NCBI GenBank assembly: GCA_030704615.1
Contig: CM060732.1
Span: 4,836,001-4,900,000, forward strand
DNA length: 64,000 nt
Source: Takakia lepidozioides
Lineage: Eukaryota; Plantae; Bryophyta
Direction of reading: 5' to 3'
The notes below the pieces were generated by a model, which saw only the letters and a list, made by a program, of their open reading frames with translations, ran no database searches and was not told the origin of the DNA. Of this stretch, positions 55,101 to 64,000 are shown one piece after another (the stretch's first letter is position 1; each line of letters opens with the position of its first letter). The translations under genes were made by a program, and so were the position numbers.

Positions 55101-58100
55101 TGTGGGCTAAGTTGACAGCCTTGCAGTGGGTTGGTGGACATTGCTAGGTATATGAAGATATATGGGCATGGAGTCACATTTTCTGTCTGGTATGGTGCAC
55201 AGGTGTATGAGAGTTTACAGGCGGAAGGCTACTTGGTTGATTATGAGCGGATACCGATCACTGACGAAAAATCACCCAAGGAACGGGACTTTGATCTTCT
55301 GGTCAGCCCTTCCCTCAACAAATTTGTTGCTTCAGGGTAACTCTTTTTCAGGGTTTTTAAAGTGGAGAAATGGTCTGTTGAGATGGAGTAGGTTTAGGTG
55401 GGTGTACTGATATAGTTTGGGGTGCAGGTACAGCGGCTCTCCCAAGCTGATGTGGGCACAAAGCTGGTGTTCAACTGTCAGATGGGGCGAGGCCGCACGA
55501 CTACAGGCATGGTTGTTGCTACCCTTATCCACCTGCGTCGTACAGGGGTCACAGGTACTTGATTGCTACCCAAATCACATTGCCCTGATTGTCCATTGCT
55601 TTTTACAATCGAGGGCTACCCATGTGTTCTGTGAAGTAGGTGTTTTTGTTCAAAGCAATATGCAGTGGACCATCCGGTAGTTTGCCTCACTTAGACCTCA
55701 AGATTACACTTGAAGAGGAGTTCGTAGAGGCTGCATATCCCAGACCAGCATTGCTGCAGTTTCAAGATAGGCCTCACAGAGCCTGGGAACAAGGCCTGAG
55801 CCCAATTTTGAGTCCTTGGTTTCAAACCTCTTGCCTCTTTCAGGATTCAGTGAGGAGTACAAAAGTCACCAATGTCTAAGTCCCATGAAGACAAGAGAAA
55901 GAGGTTGCATCTGGGCATGTTGCAGGGCTGCCAAGGTCAAGCTCAATGGGGCAGATTCATGAATCGGTAGAAGAAGTGATGTACGACGTGCCAGACTCTG
56001 ATGAGGCACTTAGGAGAGGTGAATACACTGTGATTCGTAGCCTCATCCGTGTGTTGGAGGTAAGCCTCGTATGTAGGATGAGGCCTCTCTCTGTCTTTCT
56101 CAGGAATCTTTCTTCTCTGCTGTAAGCTGGCCTCCTTACTACATGAAGAATGATCGTCTGTGTAGTCTCTGGACCTAACCCTTGGAAAAACTTGCCATGG
56201 CAGGGTGGTGTGGAGAGCAAACGACAGGTTGATAAAGTCATTGACAAGTGCTCTGCAATGCAGGTACCTGCTCACACTTATGGCTGCAATTAATGTTCAC
56301 TGTCATGTTCCCCAACCAGGAATGACATACTTGTAATTTGTGGTTTTGACCAAGCTTCTTGGAGTGCAGGGCTGGCAGGTTCTCAATTTAGGCTTTGTCT
56401 ATGACAGGGTGTGAGCCAATGTATTCTGTGACTTTCTCGGCATGCGTTTTGCAGAATCTGCGGGAGGCAATTGCAGGGTATCGTAACAGCATTCAAAGAC
56501 AGGCAGATGAAAAGAAGCGAGAAGCGGGACTGTCCCTATTTGTGGAGTACTTGGAGCGCTATTATTTTCTCATCTGCTTTGCAGTGTACATTCATACTGA
56601 TAAATCCTCTTCAGGAAGTCGCCGCCAACCAGGCCAGGGTGGCTTTCAACAGTGGATGCGTGCACGGCCTGAGCTCTACAGTATCCTCCGCAGGTCTTTT
56701 CTCTTCCTAAATTTTTTTACCACGGTTGCTCTGATGGACTCTTTTATCTTCTGTGGTTACTTTGTGCTGTGACATCTTCTGTGTTGATTCACAGGTTGCT
56801 GAGGCGGGATCCAATGGGTGCCCTTGGGTATGGAAATAACCCTCCAGGCTTTATCAAGAAGTCAACGGCGGTTGGGAATGGGCGTCCCAGTAATATGGAG
56901 ACTGTAGTGGCCTCCAGAAATGGAGAAGTGTTAGGAAGGCAGACGGTGTTGAAGAGTGACCACTGTCCTGGTTGTCAAAGCATGTACCTCCCAGAGCGAG
57001 TAGAAGGGGCACCCAACTTCAGGGAGGTGGGAGGTTTTCCTGTGTATGGGGTAGCCAATCCAACCATTGAGGGTATTCGTGCTGTCTTGCATCGGGTTGG
57101 TGATGGAAGCAGTGGACGGCCAGTTTTATGGCACAACATGAGGGAGGAGCCTGTTGTCTACATAAATGGCAAGCCTTTTGTGCTACGTGAAGTAGAGCGC
57201 CCTTACAAGAACATGCTTGAATACACTGTACGCATGAGCCCCTTTATTTTATTGCCGAAACATAGAGGGTGGGTATAACAGATGTATTTGAATCTCTAAA
57301 TCCACAGCCACTTTGCACCTCCTGCATGCTGTGCCTTCCAGAAGTTAAACCTTGCATCACATGTATCAAGGTAATATGGTTGCTTTGTTTTTCTACATTT
57401 CCTGCTTTAGTGGGCCATAAGCTGTAAATGGCAGAATTTGGAAAGTTTTCGGTGTGTAATTGGTGTGACTAGAGCTTGACTTGAAGAAGGGTGCCGCCGC
57501 TGTCCTGCATTGGATCACGTAGGGCATTGACAGAGAGAGGGTGGAGCAAATGGAGGCACGGTTGAAGGAAGACATATTGTGGGAGGCTGAGCGATATGCA
57601 GGTGCCATCATGGTGAATCATGAGACAGATGATGGACAGATTTTTGATGCTTGGGAGCCCGTGAGCCCGGGTGCTGTACAGACACCCTTGGAGGTTTATG
57701 AGTGCTTAGAAGCTGAGGGCTTTTGTGTGGAGTATGCAAGAGTGCCCATCACAGATGGCAAGGCTCCCAAGAGCTCTGATTTTGGCACCCTTGCTTCTCG
57801 CATTGCATCTGCTCCTCGGGACACTGCCTTTGTTTTCAATTGTCAGGCAAGTCCTGAGACACGCTATTAGGGTCACGTCTTGTTTTTGCTCTCACGTCTG
57901 ACATCTCTAGAAGTTGAGGCTCTCTCTTGCCCCCTGATTGACTGTGATTTGGCTGGCCAGATGGGACGTGGGCGCACAACAACTGGGATGGTGATAGCAT
58001 GCCTGGTGCTACTCCGCTGTGAAAAGGGAAGACCACTGAGGATGCCGGGCTTGCTAGCACCAAGTTCAGAGGTGGATAGTGGGTCAAGCAGTGGGGAGGA

Positions 58101-61100
58101 GGCCAGTAGTGATACACCAATGGGCAGTCCCATGAACAAGATAGAGCGCCAGAAGTCCGTGGCAGGGTTTGTGATGGATGATATCCCTATTGTCAGGAAG
58201 ATAACACGCCTGCTTGAAAATGGTGCTGAGTGTCGTGAGGCGTGAGATGCTGTGATTGATCATTGTGCTGCAATGCAGAATCTGCGGAAAGCTGTACTTC
58301 ATTATCGGCGTGCATTCAACCAGCAAAACTTGGAGCACCATGCGAGGCGCGCTGCACTGAATCGTGGTGTAGAATACTTGGAGCGCTACTTGATGCTTAT
58401 TGCTTTTGCAGCATACTTAGGTAGTGATGCTTTTGATGGCTACTGCCAACAGGGCTGCTCTGGGACCTCTTTCAAGGCATGGATCCATCGCCGTCCAGAA
58501 GTGAGGCAGATGAAATGGAGCATGCGCTTGAGACCTACACGTGTGTTCACCATTACTGTAGGTTATTTTCAAGTCCATGCTGTACCTCAGTCTTGTGCTT
58601 GCTCATCTCAAACCCGGGCAAAACTATTGTAGCCAGTCTGAAATAGTTGGAGTTGTTGAGAGTGTAGTGCTTGTATTCTGGTGTTGGGAAGTCTGATCTG
58701 CAGGTGACTTGCGTTTACATTGGTTGTAGGAGGTTGAATACAAATCACCAGGGGAAGGTAATGAGGGAGATGCTGTGATGGAAGCAATTGTGAAGGCACG
58801 CAATGGAGGGTCCCTTGGGAGCGTTGCTATTCTGAAGATGTACTTTTTCCCTGGTCAAAAGACAACCTCTGACCATGTACCCGTTTCTGGTGCACCCCAT
58901 GTCTGCAAGGTATGCTTACCACTTTTTTGCTTGTAGAGTTGGATATAAGGTTCCCACGTCACTGATTTCGCTGGTCTTTAAGCATAACCTTGTAGTTGTG
59001 GGATGCAAGGGCACAGCCTCTTGAAATTGTGTGCTGCTTATTGCTTTGAAAGTTGATGCTTCTTTCTGCAAGTGTCAGGTTCAGATATGTGGGCTGGTCT
59101 GTTGCTAGTGTCCTGTTTCAATGATCAAGGGTAATTGCAGGATCATGTGGAGATTGTTTGAGTATGGTAAAAATGACCGGGTTGCGGGGGCTACTATGCT
59201 TGAGTGGTTGGAACAGGTGGAGGGTTTTCCGGTGCACAGCATGGCCACACCTACCATAGATGGGGCTAAAGCAGTGCTTTCCCATTTGAATGCTGAGCCA
59301 TCGTTTGTAGAACCTGGCCATAAAGCAATTGTGACAGACTTGCGGGAAGAGGCAGTGGTGTACATGCACGGTAATCCCTTCGTCCTCCGCGAGCTGGATC
59401 AGCCTGTCAGCACCTTGAAGCATGTTGGCAATTAAGGGCCTGTGGTAAGTGTTCGTGTATCTTCTCCTGGAGGCTAACCTCCCATTGCCTGCACATATCG
59501 TGTCATGTTGCATGTTATCTAGGTATCTCCTGGAAAAGATTCAGTTTTGGCAAGTTTCTCGAACACTCTCATACAGATTGGAAATTAGGCTGCACGTCTT
59601 TGAAAGGTGGGCGAGCACCCAAAAGTGCACAATTGCTGTAGGTGGAACAAATGGAGAGCAGGTTGAAGGAGGACATATTGGCAGAGGCTGCCCGATCAGG
59701 TGGTCGCATGCTGCTCCACAGGGAAGAGTTTAACCCTGTGACCCAGCAGTCAGACATAATTGGCTAAGGGGAGTCCATCACACGTGACGATGTACGAACT
59801 CCTTCTGAGGTTTATACTGTGTTGAAGGTGGAAGGTTATAACATAGACTACAAGCGCATCCCCCTGACAAGGGAGCGGGCTGCATTGGCCACTGACGTTG
59901 ATGCATGCACGGCGCGCTTGGATGAGTAAGTTTCCTCTGTTCAGGTTGTGGGATAATTTCTTATGCCTGTGACAAGGCTAGAATAAAATTGCTTTCTTCT
60001 ACTGTATATGTTATTATTAGAGTTGGTTATCTCTTTTTTCCTTGGTTACCCTCTCAAATTGGAGTCCAGGGCTAGTAGGCTCTTGACATATTAAAGAAGT
60101 AGTATAGCACACATTGTTTCTTTACATGTTTACTGTGATTGCTGGTCTGCGGGTAAGGACGGAATGCTCAGATATGTGGATATGTAGGTAGACAGCTGTC
60201 AGTACTTGGCTGTTGCTATGTGCAGGGGCCTAGGTGGCCTGGATCTCTTGGTGATGTGGTGCCAATGTAGTCAGTATATAGTGTGTTGATGCATGGCCAG
60301 TTATCTGAGGCAAGCGAAGGGGAAGCCGACCTGTTAAAACTTTGACATGAAGTCTAACTGGTGGTAATCACATATTGACAGGGCCGGAAAAGGGGGTGGA
60401 GTATTGCTTCATATCGCACACGGGTTTTGGGGGCGTCGCTTATGCCATGGCCAGCACTTGCCTTAGGCTACAGGCTGAAGCCCAGCTGGCCAGCTTGTCG
60501 GCCTCATCATCTAGAGTAACCGACATGCTTAGTCCCATCCTGTTGGCAGGAAATGAAGTGGTGGTTACTCGGCCTGTGGATGAAACCCAGGCTTTTCAGC
60601 AGGGTGATTACCGGGACATCTTGAGACTCACTCGTGTTCTAACCAGTGGCCCTGCCAGCAAAGCTGAGGTTGACATCGTCATTGACCGGTACGTACCTCT
60701 CATTACCTGTTTGGTTCAACGGCGACCTGTTGTATTTGATGGCGACCTGTTGGTTTAGGAAGCCATCCCCACCTTGTTTACACTTTAAGGAAGCTCACTG
60801 TCCGGATTGTCTGATCAATGTTGTGAGAAGGGAGGCTGGGCCTCTAGATGTTTCTAAGTCAAAGCTAGTCTCATACTGGTACAAGCTGCATACACTGGAC
60901 TAATGATTCTCCTGCGAAAGATTAAGACTGGGATATCATCTGTATCCTCTGCGTAGAAGCTTTATGCAGGAAGATAGCAGGGGGAAAGTCCAGTAGGGTC
61001 GTGCCAGGGGGACAATCAACATTTTACATACTCAGGGATAATATTATCTGGGCACTGTTGTTGTGGTGGTGAAGGTGTGGAGGAGCTGGCAACTTAAGTG

Positions 61101-62179
61101 ATGATATTTTTTACTACAAGCAACAGGTGGATGGCTGTGGCAGTGATGAAGAACGCAGATCCTTTCTTCTTGATGTGGGCATTAAGGCTCTTAGGTCTGC
61201 CTTCTCTGCACCCTTCATTATTTTTTACTACAAGCAACATGTGGATGGCTGTGGCAGGGATGAAGAACGCAGATCCTTTCTTCTTGATATGGGCATTAAG
61301 GCTCTTAGGTCTGCCTACTCTGCACTCTTCATTTTAGTTCTCACTTACTTTCGAAGAAGGATGTGCATATGGCTTCCAGGTTAAGGCCCTGTCTTTAGTC
61401 AACATCGCCATCATCATTTGGTTAAAAAGAGTTTGCTATTCAGGCATGATGCTGTGCTGTTACTTCAATGGTGGTTGGCTTTCTAGTTTGCTTCATAACA
61501 AAATCTGCCTTAGACGCCTGTACACAAAGATCCAAGGCGCTTACTAGGGTTGGTTGCTCTTTCAATTCACTAGCCTATTTCAAATAGGTTATGTTCAGAG
61601 CCCCTTGTGCTATACATCCAACCAGTGTTTGGGTTTGTGTTTCACATGCTGCAGTAATAGTTATCTTTTTCCGAAATGCAATCAAAGGAGGATTTAGACC
61701 ACGGCCTGTGCGGCCAAGAGTCGATAGCTGCACAGGCCCCTTGAAAAACCATAGAAGGTCTCGAGAGATGACAAGGTCAAACAAAGATAAAATAGTTTTT
61801 AGCGCTTGGCTTGCAGGAGTAGCTTGCAGATGTGTTTGTAATTAGATGCATTACGTCTAGTCACTTATGTCGAGCTTATTTTCTATGGGCAGTTGACAAT
61901 AGCAGTTGTTGCTGTGTTGAAGTGCACAAACTTGCTTTGATTTCGTTACTCAGGTCAGTCCTGGAAGAGAAATTTGAAAGCATGAAATTGTACAAAATTG
62001 ACTCTCATCTGGGAGTTGGGATTGGCAGGAGGTACTTCTATCTCATAGCCTTCAGGTCATATCTCTATAGTCGCGTGGCACTGCATGGCAGCACATTTGC
62101 AGGGGAGGCAGCATTTGCAGCTTGGATGCAGGCCCGACCAGAGCTTGGTCACCTTTGTGATAACCTCAAGCTTCAATGA
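52179..62179 (+). pseudogene. PALD1: Paladin-like protein (three PTP-like repeats), about 19 exons, three in-frame stops
   Basis: RGGSVLGKKTILKSDHFPGC..GAPNYRQ, WHNLREEP and FNCQMGRGRTT (twice); C-terminal YFYLIAFRSYLY..ARPELGHLCDNL. Exons include 52179-52328, 52929-53057, 53271-53342, 57523-57846, 57961-58557 and 62029-62179. Stops: TGA at 58243, TAA at 59433, TAA at 59765. Confidence 0.9.
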
Positions 62180-64000
62180 TCACTACGTGAGTTCCCCTCA
62201 ATTGCTTATTCCTGTCTGAACCTTGTGACCAACTTTCAGGGTCTTCTTAGGATATTATATTCATGTCTGTGTATGAGGCTCATCAGTCCCTGGTAAGCCA
62301 TATTTGGTAAGGAAGAGGATGGATAAGTTTGGAATTTCTTCTGATCTATGTTTGAGCTGAGTTAGGGCAGATAGAATCTTACTACAGGACACCAAGCCAA
62401 AGACGGTTACTTCAAGCAGTCTCCTGGTTCTATTAGAGTTAGGGATCTATTCCAGTTGATTGAAGTACCTGAAGTTGTATAACAACCGCTTCTGATGCCT
62501 GATGCCCACATGTATGCATAAGCTCTCATATAAGAGGTAGCTGCCTTTACTGTTTCTCGAAGGCTTAAGAACGGAAGCCAACAAACCTCTACTTGCAACA
62601 GACATTCATTGTAGAGCTCTACAAATAGAGTTGCCTGCCTGAGTGAGTCAGAGATGGTTAGAAATGGAACCAAATGACCTAGAATCTCAAAATCTGTTGG
62701 GAGGTTCTGCTGACTTTATATAGAATTTGCAATTTGATGGGGTGGGTGCCTGATTGGACCATCCACACATATTTGTTTTGACCTCGCCATTTTTTTATCA
62801 TTGTGGGAGGGAGTTTAATGGACAGGCCTGATTGTTGTGGATGCAGGGTGTTGGGTGTGGTTGTGCACGAACAGTTTCTGATGTTCGCTAGAGGGCTGTG
62901 TGTTTAGCTACCAAATTACAGCATTTGTGTAAGGCTAAGGTACAGAGACAAGGCAATTCTGTATATAACATCTGTAGGGATGAGGCTTAAATCAGCCTTT
63001 TTCATCATAACTTGCCCAGATATTTTGATGAGAAGGGGAGGCTTTGGTAGAAGTATCTAAGTTTACAGGCTTTTAGTATTGTTCATGTGCACTCAGTTCA
63101 ATATGAGACGCGTGGGGGCAGCGTCACAAACAGGGCCTGCTCTTGAGGCCCTTGCAAGGGCTCCTTGTGGTTAAACCCTTTATTGCCTATATAGGTTTGA
63201 TGGAAGCCCATACTTTATGAGCCCATAGTTCTAGTACAGTAGGTGCCAGTTTGTTAACTTCTCTACCTACCGGCATCGAGTTTTCTCTTGCAGATGTCTC
63301 ACAGTCGTCTCCTGTACTATTCAAGGTCAAGTGTAGAAGGATGTTTGGAGATGGAAATTCGATGGAACATTGTCTGATAGGCTTTAAGGACTCTGGTTTT
63401 CTCTTTTGCTTTTTGCTTTTTTTTAAATAAAGGGAAATACCTGGGAGTGACAGATCACAAATCAGGCCCCTTAATTTTGCTTTACATGTTAAGATGAAAA
63501 TAATAATTGTCTGACATTTTTGTTCCACTTTAGGGCTGTGCTTGGTCACTGCAGGGACCACTTTGCAAGGATTTTTTTTTTTTTTTTTTCTTCATTCTGT
63601 TTACCCATTCACAGGAGATGTAGGCCCTCTTTGGCATACCAGAACCCAAGAGAATAAGTATTTCATTTTTGGTTTCAATGCGGAACATCAGAGATATACA
63701 ATACAAAAACTTTTATGGTATGGCAATCTGGTGATACTTCAAAGGTAATTAAATGTTACTAAAGGTAATGGCCACACTTGGAGGTAAGAGCAGTGTGGTG
63801 GTAGGGTGTTTGAAAAACAGTGGCAGTCCACACGTCCACACCAATAAGATGCCAGGCAGTGGAGTTAACTTGGTGTTAAGTTACTTGGTGCACACGTTGC
63901 TGACGTGAATTTGTATTAAATCGGAGATTTCAAGAGATAACATTGCTGTTGTGTAAAATGTCAAAAAAAGAAGGATTAAGTCGATGTTAACCCTTAAGTA

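Noticed and set aside
58243-59767. Stop-codon reassignment or U-to-C RNA editing to explain the in-frame stops
   Set aside because: The stops are of different types and fall at positions expecting different residues; plant U-to-C editing is organellar, and these are spliced nuclear genes.

Overview
Eukaryotic nuclear DNA from a land plant. PLS-type PPR, OPR, polyphenol oxidase, B3 and paladin sequences are present, and a dynein heavy-chain fragment points to a lineage with flagellated sperm (bryophyte, lycophyte or fern; inference). Two spliced genes flank about 47 kb of nested transposon debris: a 12-oxophytodienoate-reductase (OYE family) gene on the minus strand (1276-5053) and a paladin-like phosphatase gene on the plus strand (52179-62179). 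Both have intact exon structure but in-frame stops. The main finding is a decayed Ty3/Gypsy retrotransposon (about 41700-48200). Its gag-pol carries a complete C5 cytosine DNA methyltransferase between protease and RT, and a PHD finger after integrase, so a chromatin writer and reader sit in one mobile element. Other notable items: a 527-codon open mosaic of dynein, PPO and PPR fragments; inverted tandem arrays of an internally deleted PPR unit; a CACTA end carrying a B3-domain fragment; a foldback insertion with Helitron-like and tRNA-like features; several copies of one LTR family; LINE remnants and MITEs. All calls come from manual reading; no searches were run.
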